In this document: one piece after another, positions 1 to 12,590 of the stretch
Numbering within the stretch: position 1 is the stretch's first letter
Layout of the letters: every line of letters starts with the position of its first letter
DNA from: Epiperipatus broadwayi
Lineage: Eukaryota > Animalia > Onychophora
DNA length: 64,000 nt
NCBI GenBank assembly: GCA_028023455.1
Contig: JAQFVV010000006.1
Location: forward strand, 1,364,001-1,428,000
Direction: 5' to 3'
Made by a program: the position numbers and the translations under genes
The notes under the pieces: generated by a model
Database searches by the model: none
Seen by the model: only the letters and a program-made list of their open reading frames with translations
What the model was told of the DNA's origin: nothing

Positions 1-640
1 ATTATTTAGACATTTGGTATATAACTTTGCCAGCAATTTTTTTTATTTCTTCACCCACTTCCCTTAAGACATTGATTATAATTTCATTATTACATGGAGC
101 TTTTCCAAAAGTTATTAGAAATTGCAGGCAATAGTTTATTACCTGTTTTTTTATTGCTATATTTCTTTATAAAAAACTGTCATTATTTCATGATCTCTCC
201 CTTTTAGTAATAGTCTCATCTTTTTTTCTTATTGCAAAAATAAGTTTCTTATCAATACCAAAATGTTTTACACTTTTGAGACTATTTTCTTCTATAGCTT
301 TCTTTGCTAATTCATATTTTCTTAAATAGTTTATTAACTTTTCCGTATTATTTTACATAATCTAGTTTTCAGATCTTCTTAATGGTCATTTTTATAAAAT
401 TTCATATTTTTTTCTACATACATCATCGTTTCTCAAAAGAAAATTTACTGGTAATTTGCTTTCATTTTGTACCAATCATCTTTATTGCAGTTCATAATAG
501 TGTAACTGCTATCTTTTTATTGATTTCCTTCAAATCTGAACCATGTTCAAAATCCGTTAATATTTTAAAACGATTTGCAAGTTCTAATTTGAATTCATTG
601 GAATGTTTCTAAAGGTTTGAAATATCAACCGTGAATTTCT
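1..640 (-). mobile_element. Decayed RTE-clade LINE fragment (between endonuclease and RT domains), runs off window start
   Basis: Minus translation near 1-120 gives GKAPCNNEIIINVLREVGEEIKKI (GKAPG.DGI..E.LK.GG motif). 560-610 is the reverse complement of the RTE copy at about 2415-2465. Confidence 0.7.
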
Positions 641-689
641 TGATAATTTTTATCTCCCAAATTGCACATTAAGATGAATCTTACATATC

Positions 690-950
690 ATTAATCGATG
701 AATACTCCGTATGCTGAGGTCTCAGAAAAGGAAAAATTATATATTATGAATTTGTTCTTTGAGAGAAATGATAAACAGAAATGGACGTGGAAGCATTCAA
801 ATAAAATTACAGTAGAATTGGATTATATTTTGACTAACAGAACATTTGAATTTCAAGGTCGTAATATTCTTAATAAATTTAATGAAGGCAGATATATATA
901 TATAAAAATACACAACAAAAGATTATTCTCTGGAAACATACATTAACAGT
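690..950 (+). mobile_element. RTE-clade LINE AP-endonuclease fragment
   Basis: ORF 698..946 contains WTWKHSNKITVELDYILTNR (WTW.SP....EIDYIL motif). Confidence 0.75.
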
Positions 951-1099
951 TGCTTTTTTTAAAGAGAAAAAAGCCGTATCATAGAACATTAATAGAAATT
1001 TTGCATTTATTATTGGTGAATTTAATTCTTAGAAAAGATTCGGGTCTCAAAATCACTAGTTGTTTTGCACATATTCATTATATATATCAAAATACATAC

Positions 1100-1303
1100 C
1101 TTCCTACAAGTTCTGGTTCAGCCCTGCTGATGAGTTGTGCTAGGAAGTCTGTGTCACACAGAACGTGGATATGTCTATCTTGAGGGCAACACCTGATGCC
1201 TTCATACAAAGATGGAAGGTAACCCTTTTCCTTTGTACAGTCTAATTCACCAATTAGTAAACTATAAGCTCTCATAACTTTGGACTTGCATTCAGAACAG
1301 AAT
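1100..1303 (-). CDS. GGNBP2: GGNBP2 coding exon 6 (RFCSECKSKVMRAYSLLIGELDCTKEKGY...RAEPELVG); gene continues beyond window start
   Basis: ORF track 1087..1317. TTTTTATAG acceptor and AG|GTATGT donor, 204 nt. Matches RFCTDCKNKVLRAYNILIGELDCSKEKGY...RAEPEFAG. Confidence 0.97.
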
Positions 1304-1779
1304 CTATAAAAAAACATAACAAATCAAAATTATAAATGCTTTAATAAATATTACAAACAATTTTAAAATACATAAAATTATTATTTAAAAATGTTCTTGT
1401 GAGTATTGCTATTACTACATGAATACTGTTCCCAAAAAGAATTAACCAGCATGGTGAGTTTATAGGTTTTTTATATCTAGTTTTAAGACAGTCTTTCTTT
1501 TCAGTTGCCTGATAGTTCTTAACTGAAGCGGCAGTTGAATTTTCTTGAAAGGAGGACCAATGTGTGTGAATGATTTTTTTTATACATATTTATGAAACTA
1601 AATTCCAGTCCTTAATCCCATGATTCCATAAAATTGCAGCCAAAGCTATGGTTGGTAATTGAAAACAGAAGGTGCTAAGAATCATTTGATTGTAAATCCA
1701 CATTGCGATTTGATGACCCTTCATTTACCTATTTATAATTACAAATAAATTGCACGAATTGTAAAAAAAAAAACCTAAT

Positions 1780-4100
1780 TTTAAATAGGACATTACTGGA
1801 CTTTGGGAAAGTTAGAAGATGAAAAGACAATTGATTGAAAAGTGGGATTCATTATAAATTAAAAATAAAAAAACATTATGGAGAGTGATAGTATATTCAA
1901 TAGAATAGAATTTATTCAGAGTGAGGATATATTTAACAGAGAAGCAAGATTAGTTATTCAATTATTTACATTCCATTCTTATTGCGATGAAGAAATACAG
2001 AATTTTTATATAGATATATAGAATGCTTTTAACCACACCAAACATTCTAAAATACTAATGGTACACTTTAATGCTAGAATTGTAAAACAATTCAAAGTGG
2101 GAGGTTTGGTTGTGCAAAGATAAATGAAAGGACATAGACTTATAAAATTTACAAGGGGGAGGGGGATATTGAATATTATTAATTCTTCCTTTGAGAAAAA
2201 TTATAAAAGAAAATGAACATAAAAACATCCAAACAAAAGAACAACAGAATTTGATTATATTTTTTCCAATAAAAAATACCTATTTCAAGATTGTAATATT
2301 CTAAAGAGATTCAATACAGGAAGTGATCAATAATTAATGAGCCGTAATACAAATGTTAATATAAAACTAGAAACAAAAACTATTAAGGAAAAACAGACAT
2401 TCCTAAACTACAGGAACACTCCAATGAATTGAAATTAGAACTTGCAAATCGTTTTAAATTATTAACAGATGTTGAAGATAGTGATATTCTAAGAACTGTG
2501 CCAAAGATAGCTGGTGGAAAAAGCAGCAATTTAGTACATTTTCAGATGAGACAAAACAATGTATGAAAATTTACAAAAATGATCTCTTAAAATGTATTGA
2601 ATATTTAGTTTTGTAAAATAGTGCAAGATTTACTAGCAATATAAAGAAATTTAACGGTGAATTGGCAAAAACTCCAAAAGAAAAGTTTCAAAAATATAAG
2701 ACATCTTAGTTTAAAGGATGTATCATAAAAGAGTTCCATAAAGAATAAGAAAAGTCACTATAATTACAATATATTCTGAAATGCCAAACACTTTAAATGA
2801 AGAGGTGAGACATACAATTAAATCTGTGAAGAAAGTTCCAGAAATAAAATAATTCCCATGACAAAATTATAGGACAAACATCTGAATGATAAAGATGTTA
2901 CAGTTGACTTAAAAATTGCAGTAGTGATATTTAAGAAAGGTAAAAAAAAAAAACCTTAGAAATTGAACCTATCAAATTTATACAAAATCTTTACTAAGAT
3001 AATTACAACTCATTTACAGCCAACTTTGGATTTTAACACACCAAAAGAATAAACTGGTTGTGAAACCCCCCCCCCCCCCCCATTGAAAAAAGTTATAAAA
3101 AGAACTTATAAATATGAAGTGCCATTATTGCTTCGGATTTATTGATTATAAAAAGACATTTGATTCCATAAGCATTTCCTCAGTGATTAAAGCTTTGGAC
3201 TATCGAGATATAGAGCTGGGATATTCTGAAGAAACTTTATCAAAATGCAAGATCAGCTAGTAGATTACATAATATCTTAAGAAGTTTAATACTGATAAGA
3301 TGTACAGCATGATGATTCTGTGTATAACATTTTACAAAAGTTTTATAAATAATATTTTATGGACTGAAATGGTAAGTTAGGGGAATAAAATTACATGAAG
3401 ATTATTGAAGACATCTAGATTTTAGAGATGATAAGATTATTTTTGCAAACAATGTTTTAGAGCTTCAATGTTGCAAGAGTAATCAGATAAAAATAAAAGA
3501 AAAAAAGATTGAAGATAAGGCTGAAAAAAAAAAACAAAAATACTGTTTAATGAGGAAAATTAAAACTGGTAATCAGGATTTAGCATAAGTTAGTAACTAC
3601 AAATATCTTGGTCAAGTTATTAATACAGATGAAAAAAGGGTGGCTGGATTAATTAAAGAATTAAACTTGGATTGAAAGCTTTTAGAAGGCTGTATTTAAA
3701 AATATTTGTAAGAGATATGTTTTATCAGTTCTTACATAGGGATCCGAGTCTTTGATACTTAACAGAAGAGCAATAGATACTTATAACCACTCAATGAAAT
3801 ATGGAAAGACATATGTTGGGAATAACAAGAAAGGATTGAAAACAAAATATGTGAATGAGAAGCAAACATATATCAATGAAAAAATTAAAAGACTGAAATA
3901 CAGCTGGATTGGACAGTTGAAATCTTAAATTGGATCCCATGAGATATTAAAAGATCTAGCAAAAGACCAAATGCGAGATGGATAATTAAAATAATGGTAT
4001 TTATTTTGTAATATATAAAAGAAACTGTGATTTGGACAAACTACATTACATTAGAAAGACTTTTATTCTGTAGTAGATCAAACATAGTTAAAAATAATGA
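1780..4100 (+). mobile_element. Near full-length, heavily decayed RTE-clade LINE (endonuclease plus RT)
   Basis: Collinear remnants of IQ.Y.P, GDFNA.IG, QPTLDFN.P, DYKKTFDSI, HLRF.DD, YKYLGQVI, KRLKYSWIG and WIP..KR..RP..RW motifs, with many stops and frameshifts. Confidence 0.8.
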
Positions 4101-4198
4101 TAAAAATATAGAGAACATTATACAAAGATATAAATATATATGATTCCAAGCAAAAGGATACACAATAATCATATGTAATATCAAATTCCATCAGATAC

Positions 4199-4762
4199 CA
4201 CATGCTTACAAAAGCTGTTTTTCACAGAGGTAAAACTCTCCATATAGTAGTGCCACTCGGTGCAAGACAGAGTAATCAACGGATGAGTGGCACTACTGTA
4301 TGAAGAATTTTGCCTCTGTGAAAAACAGCTTGTGTAAGCATAAAGAACGGTGATCATGTGATGTCTGATGGTTTAATACCAATCCTGCCCAATAGAATTA
4401 AAGTGACTGTGGTTATTAAATAAGCAAAGACAACAAAAAGTATGGATGCTGAAAAGAGTTCAGATCTATACAACTATACAAGCTGATGAGCTTACCTTGA
4501 AAACACTATTGCATTTTCATTTTGGACTTAAAGCTTTATAGTTAGCTAAAAAAGTAAAAGGTGGCTGCTGGCGGGTTGCATTAGATCCTAAGATCTAGGT
4601 GCAGTACTCTCAGATCCAAAGCTTCTCATTGATGAAAGCCAGTCTGGGGATATTGGATAAGTAGGCACTAGATAGGGATTTTACGCCCAAATTTTCTTGC
4701 ATCCATTGATTACTTTGGCTTCCACTGAATGGCACTACTGTATGGAGAGTTTTGCCTCTGTA
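4199..4762 (+). mobile_element. Hammerhead repeat family F1: short inverted end plus a longer-than-unit copy (period 442 nt); ribozyme internally deleted at 4623-4650
   Basis: CACTACTGTAT at 4291 and 4733. Inverted AAAACTCTCCATATAGTAGTGCCAC at about 4232-4256. Homologous to 47905-48340. Confidence 0.8.
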
Positions 4763-5652
4763 ATATCAAATTCACCACAAATAAAAAAGAGTGAAAAGTT
4801 GGTTAGCTAAAAATCTATAAAATTTATAGAAAGTAAACAGTTTTGAATAGTCTAACAAAATATTTGCACTGAAGAAATATGTAAGCAATCAGATTTCAGA
4901 CTTTTTTCTCATTTTGAAATCTATAGTATTATAAATAACCTAGTGAAAACTCACTTGAAACACATGTACAGAGAAGAAAGTATGGTCAGATAAATTTTTT
5001 TACATCCGTCAATAGTTTACGATAACACAGATTTCACTAAAAAATATGAAATCTCACTGGTCATGTTATTTATAGCATTTTATTTAGCCGCAAACAAACT
5101 TCATAGAAAAATTAAATAATAAAATGAAGTGTATCGTTAAGATGATAATAAAATATTAAAACCTAGATTATAAAATCGGAGAAAAGAAATATTAACAAAA
5201 TATTGAGGAAAATGATTTTTCCTTAACCGTATTAGTTTGTTTCAATATTATATGTTCTTTAGTGAGTTCTAAATAAACGTTTTAACAAGGATTGAAAAAG
5301 TAGGATAAAAATCATTAGAATTATGAATGGTTTTAATAGATGTTAAGATAAATATAATATAAATAAGTGAAAGTAAATTGTATAGCTGTTGGATAATCAT
5401 GTCAAACCCGAGATTAAGATGTTCAAGAGACTTTAGATCTGCAAGATTTAGTGCAATGGTAAACAAGTGACTCTAGAACTCAAGGTCCATAGATCACAAC
5501 CTAGCTTCAATTATTTCCAGCTCTCAAAATTTTTATAAATTTCTAAGCAATAGATCATTCAATTATTTTTAAAACTCTTTCATTCTTAATTAAATAAATT
5601 CACCTTTCTATTACCACTATAACGATTCTTAATTTATTTTATATTGGTTCAA

Positions 5653-5690
5653 TCTGACAGTTTCGACTGACTAGCAGTCTTTTTCAGACT
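5653..5690 (-). ncRNA. Decayed minimal hammerhead motif, family F2 (core G8 mutated)
   Basis: Minus: CTGAAAA-A-GACTG-CTAGT-CAGTC-GAAAC-T-GTC-AGA. Confidence 0.55.
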
Positions 5691-5871
5691 TTCTTCTTTC
5701 TATCCAGATTTTGAATTTACTACAATTTCCTTTAATACATTTTGTCAAAATACTCAAGTTATATAAAAACAAAAGTCATTATACTAAATAAAACAAACGA
5801 ATAGTAAATTTAATTTATGATATACATGTCATACAACATACATACAATCACAAAGAAATTACAATTCTAAC

Positions 5872-5982
5872 CTATGTTTATTTAAATAAGTGTCAACAGT
5901 ATCAAGGAGATTTTCAGCATCTATCAACACGACTTCATCCCGGCAGGATTGTGACATCATTTCCCAAACATCCATCCAATTT
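5872..5982 (-). CDS. GGNBP2: GGNBP2 coding exon 5 (NWMDVWEMMSQSCRDEVVLIDAENLLDTVDTYLNKH)
   Basis: TTTTTAG acceptor and AG|GTTAGA donor, 111 nt. Matches WMDVWELMSQECRDEVVLID...YLRKHR. Separated from exon 4 by a 101-nt intron. Confidence 0.95.
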
Positions 5983-6083
5983 CTAAAAATAGAAACATTT
6001 CCAATTCAAATAAAAAAAAGTAGCAATAAAAAAGTATTAAATTTTTAACTTAAAAAGAAAAACAACAAAACAAACAACTTTAC

Positions 6084-6182
6084 CCAGAAGACCTCGATCT
6101 ATGAATATCCAAACAATGTAAGCTACATCGTTTATTCTTTTTACTCTTAGGGATTGCATTAATAATTGCACCTAATTTGCAG
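6084..6182 (-). CDS. GGNBP2: GGNBP2 coding exon 4 (CKLGAIINAIPKSKKNKRCSLHCLDIHRSRSS)
   Basis: TTTTTCAG acceptor and GG|GTAAAG donor, 99 nt. Contains the conserved AIPKSKKNKRC.LH.LD.H motif. Confidence 0.95.
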
Positions 6183-6269
6183 CTGAAAAATAAAATTATT
6201 TTTACACTTTCTGACAGTTCAATACTATATATGTAGACAATAAAAAATATATAAACTAACTAAACAAAA

Positions 6270-7089
6270 TATATAAATCCAATTTATCCAAAGCAAAAAA
6301 CCTTTTATTGTACATATATACAAATACACCTATGTTTCGACTGTCCGGCAGTCTTCTTCAGAGCTATGATATAATGAACAAAATACATCGCTATATAGAT
6401 AATACCATAAAAAATGTAAACAATAAAAAACCAAAAACAACATAAAATATATATAACAAAACCCAATAAAACTGAAATAAATATAATTAGATCCAAATAA
6501 AATAATCCAATTAATATAAAATAAAATATACAATGTAAATAGAAAATAAATATAAATTATACATGTTTATTCCTAAGTATATACATACATATTCAAGAAC
6601 AACAATTAATCTAAATATATTATTTTTCCAAAATCTCTTAATTACTTCTATTTCTAATAAAAATAAAGTTTAAGTTTATAAGGAATAGAAGTAATTGAGA
6701 GATTATAAAAAATAATAAAAATGAATAATATATTTAGATTAATTGTTGTTCTTGAATATGTACGTATACAGTTAGTAATAACCACATATAATTTATATTT
6801 ATTTTCTATTTATATTGTATATTTTATTTTATATTAACAGGATTATTTTATTTAGGTTTGATAATATTTATTTCTGTTTAATCATGTATTGTTATATTTA
6901 GTTTTTTATTATTTATATTTTTTATGGTATTATTTATATAGTTATGTATTTTATTTTGTTCATTATATCATAGCTCTGAAGAACACTGACTGCTGGACAG
7001 TCGAAACGTAGGTGTATCTGTATATATGTACAATAAAAAGTTTTTGCTAAAAAGTGTTCGAAGTGATTTGGATAAATTGGATTTATATA
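6270..7089. repeat. About 820-bp fold-back (two imperfect arms of about 400 bp) with F2 hammerhead-like motifs at 6326-6365 (-) and 6973-7013 (+)
   Basis: The right half is the reverse complement of the left around a centre near 6670. Both arms carry CTGAAGA..GACTG/CAGTC-GAAAC. Confidence 0.85.
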
Positions 7090-7144
7090 AAATATATAAA
7101 TAAGTATGTTGTTTATGCAGACATAAAAGATTGTTATAAAATGA

Positions 7145-7414
7145 TTGAAAGTAATACCATTAATGATTTTAAATAATATATTCCCAAACTATGTTAATTA
7201 TAAAAGTGTAAACTTAATATATTCAATAGAATGTAGCAACTGCTTAAACTGTCTTTATGTAGGTAAATTGGCAAATAGTCTAGATATTAGAAGAATTAAT
7301 CATAGATTTGAGATTTTGCACAAAAAAGAAGACATGATATCTAGATACTTAAATTTACCATTATGTAACAACTTTTTCTTCATAAGAGAGAGAAAATCAA
7401 AGTCTTACTTATAA
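7145..7414 (+). mobile_element. Penelope-like element GIY-YIG endonuclease remnant
   Basis: NLIYSIECSNCLNCLYVGKLANSLDIRRINHR matches the PLE pattern N.IY.I.C..C...YVG.T...L..R...H. Abuts the hammerhead-bearing fold-back. Confidence 0.75.
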
Positions 7415-9719
7415 ATTTAATTACCTTATATTCTCATGGCTTGCACATGAATATAGACACTATTGCATCCTTGATTTCCCTATTTTTCCAATTCTCTATT
7501 TTTGACTGATTAATTATTATTTAATATGTTAACCAAAAAGGTATTTTTCTTATACAAGATTTAATATGGATCTCAATAATTTCTTGTACACATGTGATGG
7601 TAGTTTTTTTTTTGCACAGATGCGTATATATTTTGTACATGTTTTTCATGTATAAAAATAATTTTTATCACGTTAATTATTTAAAAAAAGATTATTAACC
7701 CATAGAAATTTATTATGCTATCAGAAATGCAAACAATTTTTAATGTTTAAGTTTTGAAGGAAGCCATTTGGCTGTATTTTCTGATGAAATTCAATACTCT
7801 GGTTGAAATATTAAAAGCAGCTGTGAGATAATTGTTTTGTTTTTTTATTCATACATAAGTGAATACAGTTTTTGATGGTGTTATAGCAATAATGTTTTGG
7901 CTGGATATAATCTACCATTATTTAAAGTAATAAATATATGTTCAACCATTTTGAGTCCAACATATTTTGATGTTGGATTTTAAAATTTTTAATATTATAT
8001 ATCCTAGATTCTGATAGCCATATAGGAATAGACTAACTTATAATTAGCAATCATAATGAAAATATTCACATTTAATCATCCCTAAAATGCATGTGTACTG
8101 CAGAGCAATTTATCATTTTTTTACTGAAATATGCCAACTACAGTAAAAAAAAAAAAAGTATTGCATACAATGATTGGAGCATACATTTCTTCAAATTTAT
8201 TTGCATTCATAGTTATTTAAATATTCCACTAATTTTTTTTGAACTTGATACAGTCTATTCATTATCACTAATAAATATTAAGCCATACCACTTTCTTTCT
8301 AAATTTTATTTTCTTAAAACTGTATCAATCTATAATTATTTACTTCTTACATATCAAGCATCAAGAACTTTTTTATTTTAGGCACTTTCGGAAATAAAAA
8401 AATTATATATCGACACAGATTAAAAATAGAAACAACATTTGAAAAGAAAAGAGAATATGAATTTTTCATGTTTTGGGAAATGTTTTTAATTTAGAGGACA
8501 AAAAGAATTTTCATAGGGATACTAAAATGCCCAATAAATTAATAAATTGTTTGGTATGTCATGTGATATTCAAATAATAAAAGCGATAAAAAATTTGTAA
8601 TAGTTTATTGCTCAAGAATTCATAAATTCACAAGTAACAGAGTTGGGCTGTAAACCATAGATGGTGAGCTCCAGTCTGTATTAAACCAGGCAGGGAAATG
8701 ATAGACTGAACTTTGATAAAGGGGCCTTTAGTTCTCGAATCTGTACTTCTGTCCTTGTGTTAAACCCATATAATAGAACACTAATATATATAAAATTGTT
8801 TATAATAAAAAAAACGATGTAATTAATAAATTTATCTAGTACGATCTTCAGTTTCAAATGTCCAATTTTCAATAAACATTTGATTCTCACTTATAAGACT
8901 AGACAATATTTTAAAATACTATTTGATATTTCTTTTGATAAAATTCTACTCTTATTTTCATATATGAAAAAACAACAACACCTAAAATAGATGTAGTATA
9001 CTTTGAAATATAAACTCTCTTAGTTTTCAGTTAGTACATTTAGCTTGGAGTAAGCATAAATGAAACTGAAAACAACATCAAAACAAAGAAAATTAAGATA
9101 TTGCAATAATTGAGTAGCAGACTGGAGCTCAAGATTCGTGGATCGCGGTCCAACTGTTACTTTCGGTGCTCGAACTTCTTATAAACTCCCGATCAATAAA
9201 TCATTCAATTACTTTTTTAATTATACAACTGTATCCACAAATACCACACTATTTACATACTTCTCAATAAAATGCAGTATTATATTCTATATATTCATAT
9301 CACTTAATACGATATCAGCAATGACAACTTATCTGATATTTAAAAATATTTTGCAATGTCTTTATATCTTGCAATGTTTATACCGGCTTTTTAATTTATA
9401 TATAACTTATTTTTAGTTAATATGCTATATTAATTTCAATGATTTATAAATCACTAGTATAGTATTACAGATATAGGTTTATTTATAAACAAGTGAATTA
9501 AATGACTGAGCAAATAAAATAGTGCCAAAATAATGAATTCTTTCGTACTTTTTTACATTGATTGAAATATGTGCATGTATATACATACACACATATAATT
9601 AAATATATAAAAACCTTAAGATATGCTCCTTTTGTTAAATAATTTAAAATAGAGTGTACCTAATATATTAATAAATAAGGCAAATAAACTCCACACACAC
9701 ATGTGGCTAAGTCCAATAA

Positions 9720-10120
9720 CGATTTATTTAAAATGATAAAATTCCCTACACCCATTTTACTCCAGTCAGAGTAAGTCAATAAGTGAAGTAATAGCATCAT
9801 ATTTTACTATTATCAATCCAACAGAAACAAGTCTCTCCAACTTTAATCCAGTTTCTCAGATCCCCAGCTATTTTTCTCTACATAACTCCAAGAAACTTCT
9901 TCATCTCATCGTCTCATATGTGGTATTTAATAAACTTTTACAATCTCTTGCAATTTAGTTTAGGACTTCAACTGTTCATTCATTGTTGCCTTTTTTAGAA
10001 CTACATCCAACTCAGCTCCATTTAAGCCTATTAATTCTTGAAAGATCATCCCCCCCATCCCCCACAAAATAATTGGAATAATTTTCAAAAAGCAATCACT
10101 AAAATTTTTTATTTCATTAA
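9720..10120 (-). mobile_element. Decayed CR1/L2-like LINE RT C-terminal fragment
   Basis: Remnants of SLLNTT.., EKFLGVM..K.SW and M.YG motifs across shifted frames. Confidence 0.45.
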
Positions 10121-10375
10121 GCAGCTTGTAGACATAAGTTTTACATAAATTTATACCTGCATAAAAAAAAAAAAGAATTTTCACACCAAACTTAATATTA
10201 CTAATAACCGGTAATAAATTAATTATTATAAATTCCACAAACGTGCAGGTGACTAACAATTATTACAAAATTATTTCTAATAGATTTCAATATAATCATC
10301 ACATAAAAAAAAAATGAAACAAAAATAATAATAATAACATAATAAAACTTTATATATATAATGCAACAAACTTAC

Positions 10376-10519
10376 CGATGTAGATGAAACAGTGAGTAAA
10401 CTGCATCTGAACTTTGGACGTAATTTGGGACTAAAGTTAACTCTGCATTGGGAGTTATAACAAGAGGTTCTACGGCTGGATATTGACACTGAACTAACTG
10501 ATAATATAACCGTTCCACA
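10376..10519 (-). CDS. GGNBP2: GGNBP2 coding exon 3 (SVERLYYQLVQCQYPAVEPL...YSLFHLH)
   Basis: TTTTTTTAG acceptor and CG|GTAAGT donor, 144 nt, phase 2 to 2. Matches SVERLFSQLVESGNPALEPL...YTLFYVH. Confidence 0.95.
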
Positions 10520-10704
10520 CTAAAAAAAATACATAAAATTAATTTCATCATTTAATACTTAGGCTATTGTCAAATTGCATTATTTTAAATGTGAACGTAA
10601 GTGAATATAACCAATAAAATATCACGATCCTATCTCAAATAATGTTATTCAGCAGCAAATTCTTTTCTTCTCACCATGATTATACTATCAAGTTTAAACT
10701 TTAA

Positions 10705-10865
10705 TAATAAATACCTCTCCAGTGCCGTCCTATTTAATATTCGACTAGTTTCTAGCTATGGTTTTCATCAGTGGGGAGTTTTGAATCTTGAAGCAGTGCA
10801 TCCGGATCTCTTGGATCTAATGCAACTTTCCTCTAGCAGCCACCTTTTCATTATCAGTTGTGCTA
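10705..10865 (-). mobile_element. F1 hammerhead repeat, partial copy (motif 10743-10777; stem I' lost)
   Basis: Minus: TCCCCA-CTGATGA-AAACCATAGCTA-GAAAC-TA-GTC. Flanks match the F1 consensus (GGTGGCTGCT...CATTAGATCC). Confidence 0.7.
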
Positions 10866-10972
10866 TTAGTCCAAATTGGCAAACATAATCTGAAATCCTG
10901 TTCTATAGGCAACTCTATTCATTGGCCAAGGTTGCCATAAAGTTACAAGACCACATGATTCTATTTCAAATA

Positions 10973-11830
10973 CACCTGGGTCTCGTTTTATGCGGATTAT
11001 TTTAATGCGATTTTGAAGTTATGCGATTCATGTTTCTACTTAATATCTTTCATATTTTACTATATTTATTAGATATCAAGAAATTTAAATTATTAATAAC
11101 TTATTTTGACTTAAAATACTTTTTTTTTTCTTTCAAAAATATAACATTATATTAGCAGCTAACATGAATATGGCCCGAAGCTGCATTTAGAATCTTAGCT
11201 TCTATGTAAATAACCTACTTATACTAATGAGTAAATAATAATAGATTTATACATACGTATAAAAATATCGCAATAAATATTCAAAAATTTTAAACTTTTA
11301 AAACATATTTTGTTAGATATTAACAGAAATAAATATTTTTTTAGATTTTTAAAATAAACAATAACGAAGATTTTATAAACTGAAAATAATCTTTCTAATG
11401 ATAATGTATAATCTTTTTGTTTTGATTGCGATCTCATTTTTGAAATATAGAAACAGAAAACAATTAACACAGCTCTAGTTATACATCATGTCACGAATCT
11501 GAGTTCTTACTAGTTCACAAATAAACGGATATTGTCAAATAGTGGTAATGATTAAAATATGTATGAAAAAATGTAAAATTAAATACTGTAGTTAATAAAA
11601 AAAAGTTTGTCTTTATTAATTTTTTTCAAATATTTGAAATTTTTATTAGTTATACTTTATTTCCTTTTTTTTTTAATGCGAATTTTAAAGTAATTTTTTC
11701 TTGTTGCTTTGCTTTTATGCCTATTTCTGAAAATTACAGAACCTATCCCCCATTTTTCAAGGTAAGTTACGTTTATTTTTGTGCGTGTTTTCTGAGGAAC
11801 CTATCTACCGCATAAAATGAGACCCAGGTG
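10973..11830. mobile_element. Non-autonomous pogo/Tigger-like (Tc1/mariner superfamily) element with TA target duplication
   Basis: TA|CACCTGGGTCTCGTTTTATGCGG ... CCGCATAAAATGAGACCCAGGTG|TA; 23-bp TIRs with one mismatch. Confidence 0.85.
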
Positions 11831-11924
11831 TATTAAACCAAGCTGTTCAGCAGTACATTTCTTTTTTTCACAATACAAGTATAAACTTAATAATGCTTAA
11901 TTTATCTTTATCCAATGCTATCTT

Positions 11925-12590
11925 ATCTAATGTCCCACAGTAGTTTCTAGCTTAAAGATTTCATCAGTGAGGAGCTTTGAATCTTGAAACAATGCAAGTT
12001 GGCTTAGATTGACAATATTAATGCATTTATCAATTTGGGTCGATAGATTAATAGCAAAATAAAGAAGAAAAAGATAGGTGTTAGAGGAAAGATGCAATAA
12101 ATCCAAGTGCACTGCTCTCAAAGATCTAAAAATCTTCACAAATGAAAGCTATAAACTAAGAGATATTGGATAGAACAATATTGCATAATAATTTATTAAA
12201 CAGTATCATGTGACATCTACTGATTACTAAAGCTTACACTAAGCTGTGTAACTTGGGAGTAAAAAAAATGCCGCCGAACATCATTATGTAATCACTATAT
12301 AGGATAGGGTCATGTACAATGCCATTGATTTTACAAAGAACGCGATATTATACAGATACTGAAATGGTTGCTCAAGTCTATATGATTATTCAAGCAAGTT
12401 GATTTAGACTGAAAATATTAATATGTTTGTCAATTTGGGCTGATAACTTGATAGTAAAAAGCAAAAGATGGCTGCTACAGGAAAAAATCATTAGATGCAA
12501 AATTCATTACTGATGAAAGCCATAGGCTAGAAACAAATCTGGGGATATTGAAAAAAAACAACAATGGATAGGGATTTATTAAGCATTAAT
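11925..12590. mobile_element. Two diverged F1 copies in opposite orientation (motifs 11933-11973 minus, 12504-12545 plus)
   Basis: TAGTTTCTAGC...TTTCATCAGTGAGGAGC, and CTGATGAAAGCCATAGGCTAGAAACAAATCTGGGGAT. Confidence 0.65.

Noticed and set aside
9960-10259. 99-aa ORF behind a strong poly-T/CAG acceptor as an alternative GGNBP2 exon
   Set aside because: No GGNBP2 similarity, and neighbouring frames show LINE RT remnants. Exons 3 and 4 already join in frame.
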